38,482 nt of DNA from a virus (taxonomy: Duplodnaviria > Caudoviricetes). The DNA is taken from positions 1 through 38,482 of the IMG/VR virus record IMGVR_UViG_3300024180_000013; one strand, written 5' to 3'. The translations under genes were made by a program, and so were the position numbers. This document shows positions 24,260 to 34,744 of the stretch, piece after piece (position 1 is the stretch's first letter; each line of letters begins with the position of its first letter). The notes beneath the pieces were generated by a model. The model made no database searches. It worked only from the letters and a program-made list of their open reading frames with translations, and was not told where the DNA came from.

Positions 24260-27200
24260 TTAACTTAATCCTGCAATATTGACATTCTCAATATCATTAG
24301 ATACCATACTATTGAGTTGCAGCTTACCATAGTTTTGTTCTGATGGGTAAACTTCATTTCTTATACCTTGAGCATAAGCATCTAGAGAACCATCTCCCAT
24401 TAACCAAATTTGAGTCGTACCATAACCAGCAGTGATACTAGTAGGACTGTAAGTCACAACACTAGCGCTATGAGGAGACCTTACTGTATTACCATTTCTA
24501 TAATCATCTTCCCACTTCTTAGGGTCTGTTATCATTAATTCAATCTCAGCATCATTAGGCATAGTGGCATTAGTCTTTAGAGTAGTTATAACCATACTAG
24601 CTACTTTACCGTGAAAACTTCTGTTACCACTTCTACCACCAATAGTAAAGTCACCACTAACATATCTATCCATCCTAGCACCTGTAGAAATCCATGTACC
24701 TTGTCCACCAAAGGTAGGGTTGGGGTTGAATATCCAACTACCACCAGAATAGAACATCACCTTAAAACGGAAGCTACCATTCAGGTTAGTGTTTGTAGCA
24801 TCAGATGAGTTGAATCTAGTCCCGTCATGTGCGATATAAATACCGTAGTAACCAGCGCCCATATTTGAGAGAATCAAGTGTTCGTTATAGCCAGCACCTT
24901 CACGACCCCATCCGAATATCAACGCCCCAAACTGGTCTGTTCTAAGGTAGATGTTGTCATCTCCATTACCAGCTCCTTCTCCGCTATTCCATATGTGTTG
25001 ATTAGAGTTGTTACCATCAGATGACACTACAATTGCAGTTGCCCAAGGTCTAGAATTACTAGCGTTACTAGTCTTAGAGCTATCACTATTAGCTGCTACA
25101 GTTACTCCTAAGCCACCCATCCTTAATGGGTTGTTATAAACATTATTACTAGCAACTTGCCTCAAGTATTCATTACTACCGCTAAAATCTATTGCCTTAT
25201 TCCAAGGAGTTAATATGGTTGGTGCAGGAGTAGGAGTTGTAATAGTTTCAATATCATTTGTGCTAATATCTCCTGTTGTATTTAATACAGCCATATGAAT
25301 TTTAACGGGTGCGGTATCCTCTATGTTTGTAGCTTCATAAGTATTGGAGAAAGTACCGCCATCAGCAGGGCTTGCGTTGTTCATTATGTTATTCAAACTA
25401 CAAGCAATTAACCAAGCACTTGTCCCATTTACCTCAATAGCATAATCATAAAACGCTTGACTTCCTGAAGTAACAACAATATTCTGAACTACAGAACCAT
25501 CTCTATAAAATTTGAAAGTGTGCTTATAATCAGTTTCATACTCCCAAACTATTGCAGTATCAAAATCAGACAATTCTAAGGTACTAAAATCGCTCGGTTC
25601 ATTAGCTAAACCTATAATGTACTTATCATTGGCAGCATTTAAATTAGGTAATATATTTGCTTCTACATAAGCTTTTTCTATTATAAATCTTTCACCATCT
25701 GCAACTGTACCGTTAACATGAACTACCGAACCGTCATCCATCGTATTTGAATCAATCATAGCGGTAGATGTATTTTCATGATTAAATCCACTAATGGCAG
25801 TTACGGGTGCTGTTAAATTATTTACAATTATAGTAAGTGTTCCACTTGAACTACCATAAGCATTAGTCCTAACTACCTCAATTTCATAGGTATCAGTTGG
25901 ATTAGTAACATAATCTCCCACCACTTCAGGGGAAGTACCATTTAAGTGAATACCATTTACATCAATAGTTAAACCGCTATTGTCTGTATCTACAATAGAA
26001 GTGACATAGGACGCCCCCACAGGATGCAATTGTACATTAACGGCACTTAATTCGTTGACTGTAATTGAATTATCGCTAAAAGTAGCTGGCACTAAATCAG
26101 CGTTTGTTAATGTTGTAATCTCAGTATAAGTTACAGGGTTTCCTAAGAAAGTATCTGTAGTAGGGATTGCTGTTCCGTTATCAATGTGACCATTTGTTGG
26201 AATATACCAAGTTGTAAACGTAGGGTCGTCAGGGAATACTATAGAAGTATATGTACCTGTTCCTCCGTTGTTATCATCATAATACTCAGCTTCTTCGGTA
26301 GTAGCAAATACAGGATAATTAAATATTCCATCAGGAGATTCTACAACTCTAAAGTACATTGTAGGTGCTAAGTCCTCTAGTTCGTGTATTTTAGGAATAC
26401 CTACCAATCTAACCGTAGTATCTCCAAACTTAATACCTAAGTGATAATCCAACCCATTTGGAACGGGATACGTAGTTCGTGCAATAGGTACAAATAAAGA
26501 TGTAGATTCGTCAAAGTAAGATATAACAATAAAATTATTTTCGTCTATCCCTACTTTAATTTTTACTAAGTCACCATCTAACCATTTAGCTCCTTCAGGG
26601 CTTGTGCTAAACCTAAAGTCTACATTACTCCACCCCTCCCGTTGTGAATAGCCTGTATTTGCCCCGTAATTAGTCCAAGGTCCATTTGGACTAGGATGAA
26701 ACCAATGTGAAAACTGATACCCATAATGACCAGAATTTACACCGTTGCAAAATGTACTAGGGTCAGCATAACTAGAATTACCGTTGTAATCTCCGTTATC
26801 ATAGTCCGCCTGACTAGGAATTAAACCGAAGCCTATTATACCCTCATTTCTTATGTCAAAAGTAAAATATTCGCCTGCTTGGTTAATTGTTTCAGGGGTT
26901 TTATACCCACCTGCGTTATATCCCGAAGTAGTAGCCCCGTATTCATCCGTCCCCGTTTCAATTGCAGTACCTTGAGCACCACCTGCCTCTGTTGTAGTTA
27001 CTCCATTTACGTCCGCTATCATTGTACTATAAGGGTCTGATATTACAACCGATTGAAATGCCCCTACCGTATATAATTCGTTTAACGTGTTTATAACGTC
27101 ATTTAAGCCGCCTACGACACTATCACCGTCAATTGTAACATTAGCATGGTCTAACTTTATCCAATGCACTAGACCGCCTTGTATTGATTGAATAGTGATT

Positions 27201-28432
27201 AATCCATCACCCGTATCAACCGCCTTAATCGTGTTAACTCCATACGCGTACCCATTGTCCAACATAATAGAGGTAGAGGTAGCATCTAACTTAAAGTCTA
27301 TTACTTCACCCGTTAAGTCATTATTATTTTGAGGTACTACAATATTCTCCAGTTTCGCCTCTAATAAATAACTTCGCAAGTATTGTTGATTTTTATATCC
27401 CAATTCTTTGGCAATAAATTCTAAAGAATCAACCGTTGCCGCTGAATTAGTCCCCAATGCCATTGTATAAATATCATCTGTACTAATATCAACCGCCCCC
27501 GATAATAAAGTAAATGTAGTGTCTAAGGTAAGTTGTACCCTTGTTAACTCAGGACTTACGGAAGGGTCATCACCCCAATAAGCGATAACTTCTTGATTAA
27601 CTGCAATACCTGAAAAGTCACCCGTGTAAGTGTACCTACTTCTAAACCAAAATGCATCGAATCCGTCACCTTTTGGCGTTGTGTATAAACTAAAAAACGG
27701 GCTATCTACACCCATTGCGGTCAGTACTTTCAATTTTACATAACCACCCTGTAAGGTAGATTTGTTCATCTGGTAACCCGCATTTTCATTGCCTACAAAA
27801 TACCAATTAATTTTTTTACCTTGCTCATCATTTTTAAAATACCAACCATCTTCCGCCCCGTTTGGTTCTTCTAACCCTGCCGCCCCGTCAGCATATACCG
27901 ATGCGTTGTTATTCAATAGTATTGACGTGCTATCGTACTCAATGAGAGCACCAGCGTAGGGTTTTAATTGCCATTCTGTTCCGTCAAATATAACTTCATC
28001 ACCATTTTTAAAACTTTCCAAGCCTTGCCCTAAATCGTGAGTTCCTATTGTAATAATATTGTAAAAATCACCATTAACAAAACCTGTCACATCCGTAGTA
28101 ATGTCGGGCGTGTTGGTGTCAGGATTCCAAATACCTTGATAGTCAACCCCTCTGCCTACTGTAACATTTCCTTTTAATGTTATATAATCGGCAACCTCTT
28201 GAGCATTGGCGAAAATATTATTATCTTCGTCTTTAAATTCTGTAAAAGGTATGCGGAAAAATTCATATTGAGTAGTTCCGCTTTCCGCTGTTTTAATATC
28301 GTTTTTTATATTTACTAATGTGTTGTCCGATGAATCAACTTCACCCGACAAACAAGCATTCCAATAGGTTGGGTTACTTGAGCCGTAAAAGTTAATACAA
28401 TTACCTTGTTCGTTTCTTACTATTCTAATCAT
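24260..28432 (-). CDS. 1390-aa multidomain virion fibre/decoration protein with probable C-terminal LamG/ConA-like domain
   Basis: Acidic, G/N/T-rich; KAIDFSGSNEYL...FTIGGR...FHGKV; located after the MCP. Confidence 0.65.
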   Translation of the reverse strand: MIRIVRNEQGNCINFYGSSNPTYWNACLSGEVDSSDNTLVNIKNDIKTAESGTTQYEFFRIPFTEFKDEDNNIFANAQEVADYITLKGNVTVGRGVDYQGIWNPDTNTPDITTDVTGFVNGDFYNIITIGTHDLGQGLESFKNGDEVIFDGTEWQLKPYAGALIEYDSTSILLNNNASVYADGAAGLEEPNGAEDGWYFKNDEQGKKINWYFVGNENAGYQMNKSTLQGGYVKLKVLTAMGVDSPFFSLYTTPKGDGFDAFWFRSRYTYTGDFSGIAVNQEVIAYWGDDPSVSPELTRVQLTLDTTFTLLSGAVDISTDDIYTMALGTNSAATVDSLEFIAKELGYKNQQYLRSYLLEAKLENIVVPQNNNDLTGEVIDFKLDATSTSIMLDNGYAYGVNTIKAVDTGDGLITIQSIQGGLVHWIKLDHANVTIDGDSVVGGLNDVINTLNELYTVGAFQSVVISDPYSTMIADVNGVTTTEAGGAQGTAIETGTDEYGATTSGYNAGGYKTPETINQAGEYFTFDIRNEGIIGFGLIPSQADYDNGDYNGNSSYADPSTFCNGVNSGHYGYQFSHWFHPSPNGPWTNYGANTGYSQREGWSNVDFRFSTSPEGAKWLDGDLVKIKVGIDENNFIVISYFDESTSLFVPIARTTYPVPNGLDYHLGIKFGDTTVRLVGIPKIHELEDLAPTMYFRVVESPDGIFNYPVFATTEEAEYYDDNNGGTGTYTSIVFPDDPTFTTWYIPTNGHIDNGTAIPTTDTFLGNPVTYTEITTLTNADLVPATFSDNSITVNELSAVNVQLHPVGASYVTSIVDTDNSGLTIDVNGIHLNGTSPEVVGDYVTNPTDTYEIEVVRTNAYGSSSGTLTIIVNNLTAPVTAISGFNHENTSTAMIDSNTMDDGSVVHVNGTVADGERFIIEKAYVEANILPNLNAANDKYIIGLANEPSDFSTLELSDFDTAIVWEYETDYKHTFKFYRDGSVVQNIVVTSGSQAFYDYAIEVNGTSAWLIACSLNNIMNNASPADGGTFSNTYEATNIEDTAPVKIHMAVLNTTGDISTNDIETITTPTPAPTILTPWNKAIDFSGSNEYLRQVASNNVYNNPLRMGGLGVTVAANSDSSKTSNASNSRPWATAIVVSSDGNNSNQHIWNSGEGAGNGDDNIYLRTDQFGALIFGWGREGAGYNEHLILSNMGAGYYGIYIAHDGTRFNSSDATNTNLNGSFRFKVMFYSGGSWIFNPNPTFGGQGTWISTGARMDRYVSGDFTIGGRSGNRSFHGKVASMVITTLKTNATMPNDAEIELMITDPKKWEDDYRNGNTVRSPHSASVVTYSPTSITAGYGTTQIWLMGDGSLDAYAQGIRNEVYPSEQNYGKLQLNSMVSNDIENVNIAGLS

Positions 28433-28436
28433 GTTT

Positions 28437-29363
28437 TTATCTTATTATAGTTATTAAAAGTCCTAACGGTTGAATAATTACTGGGTTATCTGATTTAATT
28501 GCAGGCAAAGTCAATGCGTTAATATCTTCGTTAGAAGTTATCCAAGCCGATATTTCAATCCTATTAAGAAACGTATTGCCCACAGTACCACCACCGTAAA
28601 AAATCGGTTGAGATGTTAAAGGAAAAGTAAAAGTAATATCATCGTTATCATCTCTATTAGAGTACCACAATGCGGGTTCTACTGTTGTGTTGGCAATTTG
28701 TGGAATTACATTAAAATCAAAACGTACTCTCAATTGGTCACCATACTCGAGGTCATTTAGTTTTATTCTACCTGTTGAACCTTCAAAACCTGTTCCCTCT
28801 GACAAAGGATAGTTTGTATCATAATCATATGAATAATCTAACAAAGTTGTAACACCATTTGGTAAATTTGCACCTTGAAAAAGTCCTATTCCCGTTTCGC
28901 CCGTTGGTGTTGGTGTTGTCCAATATGGATTATCTACCGCAGCGTGAACCGTTGGAGATAAACTAAATACTTTAAAAATTTCATTGTCAACATCTGCCTG
29001 AGTGTAATTAATACCCGTTCCAGCTTGCCAAACGTAGTTATTAGACAACGGTTTGCCCTCAAAAGCTCCCGTATGTGAGTAACCACTTTGCCCAGCTAAA
29101 CCAGTAACACCGCCCTGACATTCTGCAACATTAACAGTTAAATCCGCAACGGTCAAACCTAAGTCAACCATTTGAGAAGGGTATAAACTAACGTGGCTGC
29201 CTTCATCATCGTGTATTTGTACACGTCCGCTACTTAACTCTGTTACCGCTGTTGAGTCTAAGTTAAAAAGGTAGTCTTGGTTTCCGTTTTCATCATATAT
29301 TACAAGGGTGCAATTTGTAAAAACAGCGGAAAAACTACTAAGGTCTAATGGTAAATGTGCCAT
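28437..29363 (-). CDS. Putative virion decoration protein
   Basis: ATG (MAHLPLD) follows the MCP terminator; beta-rich C-terminal domain. Confidence 0.6.
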   Translation of the reverse strand: MAHLPLDLSSFSAVFTNCTLVIYDENGNQDYLFNLDSTAVTELSSGRVQIHDDEGSHVSLYPSQMVDLGLTVADLTVNVAECQGGVTGLAGQSGYSHTGAFEGKPLSNNYVWQAGTGINYTQADVDNEIFKVFSLSPTVHAAVDNPYWTTPTPTGETGIGLFQGANLPNGVTTLLDYSYDYDTNYPLSEGTGFEGSTGRIKLNDLEYGDQLRVRFDFNVIPQIANTTVEPALWYSNRDDNDDITFTFPLTSQPIFYGGGTVGNTFLNRIEISAWITSNEDINALTLPAIKSDNPVIIQPLGLLITIIR

Positions 29364-29376
29364 ATATATATTTTTT

Positions 29377-29408
29377 AAAAAGGGGGATGAATTTACACCC
29401 ACCCCCCC
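29377..29408 (-). terminator. Terminator after the major capsid gene
   Basis: GGGGGGGTGGGT..ATTCATCCCCC followed by T5. Confidence 0.65.
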
Positions 29409-29446
29409 GTTATAATCAAGGAAACTATTAAAAAACTTGTTAAATA

Positions 29447-30580
29447 CTATCCTAAAATAGAACAGTCAACATCTCCACAACCAATATTCCACAAAGTAGT
29501 ATAGTTGAAAGTAGATGCAAAAGCTGTTTGTGGTAAATGGCAAAGGTCAAAATCTTTTCTCCACTTGTAAACTACTTTATTATCACATTCTCTATACTCA
29601 ATTTGCATATCTACAACAAACGGAATACCTAAAGTTGGCGTTCCTACATCAACTTTTTGACGTGTAATTGTTCCGCTAGATTGAACTGGTGCATAAACTG
29701 AACGTCCATTTGGGTTAACCGCATAGATTGGGTTTTCAAACTTGAAAAATTCCGCAATAGTAACCGAACCTGGCATAAATGCCACAACTCCACTTGTCAA
29801 CAACGCGTCAATCCCTTCTAATACTGGTTGAACCGCTCTATCAAAATAAATATTTGCTCCAGTGGATGTAGCTTTATTCGGGTCGTAACCGTCAACATTT
29901 CCACTGAATACACTTGATGCGTACTGATATGCTTGTAGTTTCTCAGCACCACTGATAACATAAGGTGTTTCACCGCTGATAGGTGATTGTTTAGAATACT
30001 CGTTAATCAAAGAATGCCATCCCATTGGTTGCGGTTTAGCTTGTCCACTTGTAAACAACAATAAGTCTTTTGTCGCTGTTGTACCATCCGCAAAAGCACC
30101 TACATTGGTGTGCATTTTTGTAACCAATTTTTTCTGGTATTGTGCTAGTCCTTTTCTTACTGACCGTTTGATTTTTTCTTGTAACTCCCTCATTGGGTCT
30201 TCACAAGTTGCATCGTACAAATTAGCGTCAATTGTGAAAGTGTCACCAATTGCGTCATCAATTGTAATCGGCACAGTATTATAATCTAAAGGTGTGTCCG
30301 TTTCATCTGTACACGTGAAATCTGGAACTGTCGTTGCATCTCCTACCGTTGTGTCAGGTGTTAAAAATTTCAAATACATATGACGTGCTGCATTACTGCC
30401 TGGTTTCGCCATTCCTGGGTCTACTGTCAATGTATCACGCTGTGAGTCTTGAATCGCTCTAACAGCATTAAAAGTAAAATCTCTATTGGAATCTGGGTTT
30501 AAATCCGTTTCCATAATCGCAAGTTGCGCTTCTGTTTTTTGACATAGAATGTCACTTGTTACTGGTGTTCCAGTTGCCAT
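29447..30580 (-). CDS. Major capsid protein (probable)
   Basis: 377 aa, directly after the scaffold-like gene, with its own promoter and terminator; composition is typical but no diagnostic motif was recognised. Confidence 0.75.
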   Translation of the reverse strand: MATGTPVTSDILCQKTEAQLAIMETDLNPDSNRDFTFNAVRAIQDSQRDTLTVDPGMAKPGSNAARHMYLKFLTPDTTVGDATTVPDFTCTDETDTPLDYNTVPITIDDAIGDTFTIDANLYDATCEDPMRELQEKIKRSVRKGLAQYQKKLVTKMHTNVGAFADGTTATKDLLLFTSGQAKPQPMGWHSLINEYSKQSPISGETPYVISGAEKLQAYQYASSVFSGNVDGYDPNKATSTGANIYFDRAVQPVLEGIDALLTSGVVAFMPGSVTIAEFFKFENPIYAVNPNGRSVYAPVQSSGTITRQKVDVGTPTLGIPFVVDMQIEYRECDNKVVYKWRKDFDLCHLPQTAFASTFNYTTLWNIGCGDVDCSILG

Positions 30581-30599
30581 AATAATATAATTTTATATG

Positions 30600-30792
30600 A
30601 AAAAAAAATGATAACAACCACACCAAATAGCGGTTGCAATAAAAGTCTTATTTATTAGCGTATTGATAGGTCGCAAACCCAATTTGTAGGACGTTTTTTG
30701 GTAGGTAACGTAAAAACCTTGTAAAAAGTAACAAATAAGAGGTATCCCCCTTATCTGTTACAAATATACGCTTTTTTTTTGAGAAATCCAAA
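30600..30792 (-). promoter_or_regulatory. Promoter and structured 5' leader of the MCP gene
   Basis: TTTG-N20-TATATTTG (30761-30792), hairpin 30728-30761, pseudoknot-like units 30658-30719, hairpin 30614-30637. Confidence 0.65.
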
Positions 30793-30803
30793 TTTTTAAC
30801 CAA

Positions 30804-31679
30804 CTATTTTCCGCTTAAATGCTTTGTAAGGAAATTTAAGCCTGTTGAGTCGACTTTCTTACCGTTTGTGGATACAATACTAGTTTGTGATACGTTTGGC
30901 TGTGTGCCGCCATTAGACACCTTTAAAATATTCATTTCCTTAGCTAAATCCTTGATAGCTTCATCAACCGTAGAATAAAACCCGTTACGGTCAAAACTCA
31001 AAGCCTTTGTACCGTCTTTTGCTAATATAGTGCCATCTTGATTAACTCTATAATTTTCCAATATACGAGGTGCAATCAACTGAGCATATAACCCCCTTTT
31101 TTCGGGTATGTCAAAATTGATTGAATCAGAATAGATGCGAGAGTTTAAAACTTTTTCGGCATGAAATGCGTAGATAGTTTCGTTAGCTTTTTGATTAGCT
31201 AGTTTTTCAATCTCAACTTTTTCAAGTTCCAGTTTTTCAATAGTTGTTTTAAAATCTTGTACACCCGTTTGTAGTTCATTAATCTTTGTAATGTATTCTT
31301 GACTAGCAGTATCGGTGTGTTTAATCAATTGCGCATCCTTTCGCTGTGCTAACAATGCAATAGCCTCTTTTGCTGTTAATCCGTCTAGCTCCTCACGTTC
31401 AAAACCTCCGGCACGTTTAACGGCATTAATTAGGGGTTTTTCGTAACTCATCCACCTAGTTTTACCCGTTGCATCCTCATGCTGTTTAATTATGTTGTCC
31501 CTATTTTTAGAAACAAATAATTCCTCTTTTGACTTGTTGACCGCTTCTGTAAAATCGCCTAAGTTTTGAAATGGTAATTCGTTAACGTCACCATCTTTTA
31601 AGATTGCAATTGCATTAATAATTGCGTTATCGTCAGCACCTAAACCAGCCAACATCTGTTTTAACTTTTCCTCGTTCAT
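30804..31679 (-). CDS. Capsid scaffolding protein (probable)
   Basis: Charged coiled-coil protein with a flexible C-terminus, upstream of the MCP. Confidence 0.7.
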   Translation of the reverse strand: MNEEKLKQMLAGLGADDNAIINAIAILKDGDVNELPFQNLGDFTEAVNKSKEELFVSKNRDNIIKQHEDATGKTRWMSYEKPLINAVKRAGGFEREELDGLTAKEAIALLAQRKDAQLIKHTDTASQEYITKINELQTGVQDFKTTIEKLELEKVEIEKLANQKANETIYAFHAEKVLNSRIYSDSINFDIPEKRGLYAQLIAPRILENYRVNQDGTILAKDGTKALSFDRNGFYSTVDEAIKDLAKEMNILKVSNGGTQPNVSQTSIVSTNGKKVDSTGLNFLTKHLSGK

Positions 31680-31710
31680 TTTATTAATTTACTTGATTAT
31701 ATAAAAAAAA

Positions 31711-32010
31711 TTACTTAGTCTTTTTTGCTCTTGGTTTTCTAGTTGCCTTTTTAACTTCTTTTTTTTCAACAACTTTTTTTTCTGTTAAATCTCTTTCATA
31801 AGTTTTTCCCGTTGTTTCGTCCTCAACTTGGATAATACCTAGCCCGTCAGCTATCAAAGATTCTTTACTTAATTTTTCAACCTCAATATAACGTCCTCCA
31901 ATTATATTGCCCTCTTGGTCTACTTTAATTCCGTTGTGTTGTATCCATGCCTTTGCTTTTGCTGGATACACAACTCTGATTTTTCTTGTTAAACTGTCAA
32001 AAATTTCCAT
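31711..32010 (-). CDS. Hypothetical head-module protein with Lys-rich tail
   Basis: KKATRKPRAKKTK tail. Confidence 0.6.
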   Translation of the reverse strand: MEIFDSLTRKIRVVYPAKAKAWIQHNGIKVDQEGNIIGGRYIEVEKLSKESLIADGLGIIQVEDETTGKTYERDLTEKKVVEKKEVKKATRKPRAKKTK

Positions 32011-32031
32011 ATTATATTTTTACTTAATTAT

Positions 32032-32919
32032 TTAATCTTGTTTTGGTAAAGGAATGTAAATAACTTGATGCCTACAAGAATATCCCCCCCTATATTGTGC
32101 AAATGTTTCGGGCGTTGTGTTTTTATTCCAACCGCTATTTTTTCCCTTGTCTAACCTTCTAATTATTTTCGGTATGTCTTCCACCCTGTACATTCCCTTT
32201 TTAACCTCTAAATCCTCAAATAAAGACGTTTTCCCCGTTAAGTGTTCACAGTTTCCACGTGACGTAGAAATAAGACTGCCAGCATATATAAACCCGTCTA
32301 ATTGGTACGCGTCCCTTACTATGTCGTTTGTTGCTCCATCATGCTGATTAATAGAATCCATTGCAACTTGTTTCACATAGCGTAAAAATCTACCATCCCT
32401 TTTTTCCGTTCCTTTTACAAATACGCTTAATTCTTTTTCAATATCCTTAACCTTTGATTTCAAAGCAACACCCTTAAATAATATATCTCTAATCGGTGTT
32501 ATATAGTTCGCTTTTAATGCTTGTTCGCCCAATAAGTTATCAATAATATTTTCTATTGAAATTCGTCTATAAACACTTATTTCATTCCTTATCTTTTTCG
32601 TGAACTCAGCACCAGTTATACCTTTGTATATTTCGTTATTTAGTTCATCAATCTTTTCAAAGTTAGGTAAAAATTCATCAATCTTTTTTTGTAGAGTTGA
32701 TTTTCTAATAACACCAAGAACTTTTTTTGTAATGCTGTTTAAAAATTTATTATTTATCGTTTCCTTTTGTAACCTTCCTTCTTTCTGTGATAACTTTCTT
32801 AGTATATCAAGTATCTTGTTAAATATAGCTTTCTCGCTTGATTTAATGCCGTCTAAGAGCCTTTTTTCAGCCTTACCTATAATCCTATCCTTTTTGTTAA
32901 TATCGTCTTTTAATGCCAT
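32032..32919 (-). CDS. Head morphogenesis/minor capsid protein (MuF/SPP1 gp7-like)
   Basis: After the portal; YAGSLI..SR..C...RGGYSCRHQ. Confidence 0.8.
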   Translation of the reverse strand: MALKDDINKKDRIIGKAEKRLLDGIKSSEKAIFNKILDILRKLSQKEGRLQKETINNKFLNSITKKVLGVIRKSTLQKKIDEFLPNFEKIDELNNEIYKGITGAEFTKKIRNEISVYRRISIENIIDNLLGEQALKANYITPIRDILFKGVALKSKVKDIEKELSVFVKGTEKRDGRFLRYVKQVAMDSINQHDGATNDIVRDAYQLDGFIYAGSLISTSRGNCEHLTGKTSLFEDLEVKKGMYRVEDIPKIIRRLDKGKNSGWNKNTTPETFAQYRGGYSCRHQVIYIPLPKQD

Positions 32920-32962
32920 ACTATTCAATAGTTCCTAATATTTGTTTTTTTGTTTACAATCA

Positions 32963-34729
32963 TCAACTAACATCATCACTATTAGAGCCATCAAACAAAA
33001 CTACATTTTCAATCAAATAAGGTTGAATAAAACTATCGACATAGTTATATATTTGTTCTTTGCTTAAATCTAAAACATCAATAGTAGTCTCTTTCAGTAT
33101 ATTATTGAAAGCTATACTACTATAATCTCTTTTTATTATGTCGTTTCTGTTGTAGATTCCTAATGCCATCCGTTCTGTTATTTCCTCTTTTGACAAAATC
33201 CACAAAGGGGAATAAGCTAGTTTTAAATTTTCTATTTTTATTTTCCTTGTATTGCCTTTGTACTTGCTTTCAATCACCTCAGTCATTGCGTTGTATTTGT
33301 CAGCTGAGAAAGTAGTATTTACTTTCTCAAGTTTGTCCTCTATTGTTTCAAGTTCATAGCTTTTTGGCAATGTAATATGAGGGACTTGTCTTAATCCTCG
33401 ATTGCTTTGCAAAAGGCATTCAGTGAAAAACAATTGGCTTTGCATAACTTGACCAAGAAAACCTTTTGTTATATTTTCCATAAAAAAGGCGGTTGGTCGC
33501 ATTCTCATTTTCATAGCTTCACCGCTTTCACTTGTATTGATTAACAAGTCAACACCGAGCGCATTTGCACCCATTTTAAGGAATGAAAAAGTATCTTCCT
33601 TGTTTAGTTTCAATAAGTTGGAATCAGCCGCTAAGTACTCTATTAATGGTCGGTTATTCGTTCCCTCAATGCCTTTATTTTCAGCGTAGACCGTTCCAGC
33701 TGGTGAGTCATTGGAACGCCCTGAACCGTTGCAACTATTACAAGTTGAATATGTCAACTGTTTAACACCGTCAATCATTTCCTCTTTTGCAATCTGCCCT
33801 TTTGCTTTACAAGTTTTACAACCTATATCACCATTTACAATTTTTACGGGATGCGAAAACCTAGTATTTACTACTTGATTATCCGAAAACCTTACCGCAA
33901 ATTCATCAAAATATTCACACGCACCACGTATAAAACTTTCATTGTATTGTTCATCACCGTCAGGCGTAGAAGTTAGTTCGCCAGCCATAAAAACAACAGG
34001 CAAAACATTGGTGTTTATCCCGTCTTTTGTTGTACCCGTATCGTGAAAATACCAAACTTCCAACTCATAAACTCGCTGTTTATCAACAAAAGTATTGGTA
34101 GGGACATAAGTATAATAGTATTGTTCATCAACTAAAAAATACCAATCTAAAACACCGCCTTTTTTCATAGTCATAGAGCCACCAATCCACGCAAAAACGT
34201 TATATTCTGCTGTTGGAATATGCTTAAAACTTTCAAAAGGTACAACAATTGGCTTAATACCGACAACTCTATTAGCACTCAACTGAGCAGGCGGCAAACT
34301 TGCATCCTCTGAGTTAAAAGGGAACGACAAAACGGCATCGTTTGCGCGTTCCATCCCTCTTTTAATAATGTATCTATAATAATAATCAAAAACGTCAACT
34401 TGCGCCCCCATTAAGGTAAACGGTTTGTTGTCGTTCCAATCTTTCAATACTTTAGATGAGTCCTGTATATGGATACTAGACTCTTCTAAACTTTTTCCAA
34501 TATAACTAAACAACTTTGTCAAAATATCATTTGAAAACCGCCTAACATTTTGTTGGCGATATTCTTTTACATCTTGCGACTCATTCGGTCGTTGTCTGTC
34601 AATTAAATCAGAATCTACCCTTCGCGTATGTGTGATTATTTGCTCATACGAGATTGAGGCGTACTCAGTCGAACCAAGTACGCCATCAAAAAAGGTAGGA
34701 TTATTATTTATAAATTCAATTACTCCCAT
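32963..34729 (-). CDS. Portal protein (probable) with DnaJ-type zinc-finger insert
   Basis: 588 aa, precedes MuF/scaffold/MCP; SESGEA motif; CKTCKAKG...CNSCNGSG. Confidence 0.78.
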   Translation of the reverse strand: MGVIEFINNNPTFFDGVLGSTEYASISYEQIITHTRRVDSDLIDRQRPNESQDVKEYRQQNVRRFSNDILTKLFSYIGKSLEESSIHIQDSSKVLKDWNDNKPFTLMGAQVDVFDYYYRYIIKRGMERANDAVLSFPFNSEDASLPPAQLSANRVVGIKPIVVPFESFKHIPTAEYNVFAWIGGSMTMKKGGVLDWYFLVDEQYYYTYVPTNTFVDKQRVYELEVWYFHDTGTTKDGINTNVLPVVFMAGELTSTPDGDEQYNESFIRGACEYFDEFAVRFSDNQVVNTRFSHPVKIVNGDIGCKTCKAKGQIAKEEMIDGVKQLTYSTCNSCNGSGRSNDSPAGTVYAENKGIEGTNNRPLIEYLAADSNLLKLNKEDTFSFLKMGANALGVDLLINTSESGEAMKMRMRPTAFFMENITKGFLGQVMQSQLFFTECLLQSNRGLRQVPHITLPKSYELETIEDKLEKVNTTFSADKYNAMTEVIESKYKGNTRKIKIENLKLAYSPLWILSKEEITERMALGIYNRNDIIKRDYSSIAFNNILKETTIDVLDLSKEQIYNYVDSFIQPYLIENVVLFDGSNSDDVS

Positions 34730-34744
34730 TTAATAACTTATATT

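Noticed and set aside
30688-30720. preQ1-I riboswitch
   Set aside because: The stem plus A-rich tail is superficially similar, but I could not match the ligand-binding consensus and no queuosine gene follows. Kept only as a generic pseudoknot.
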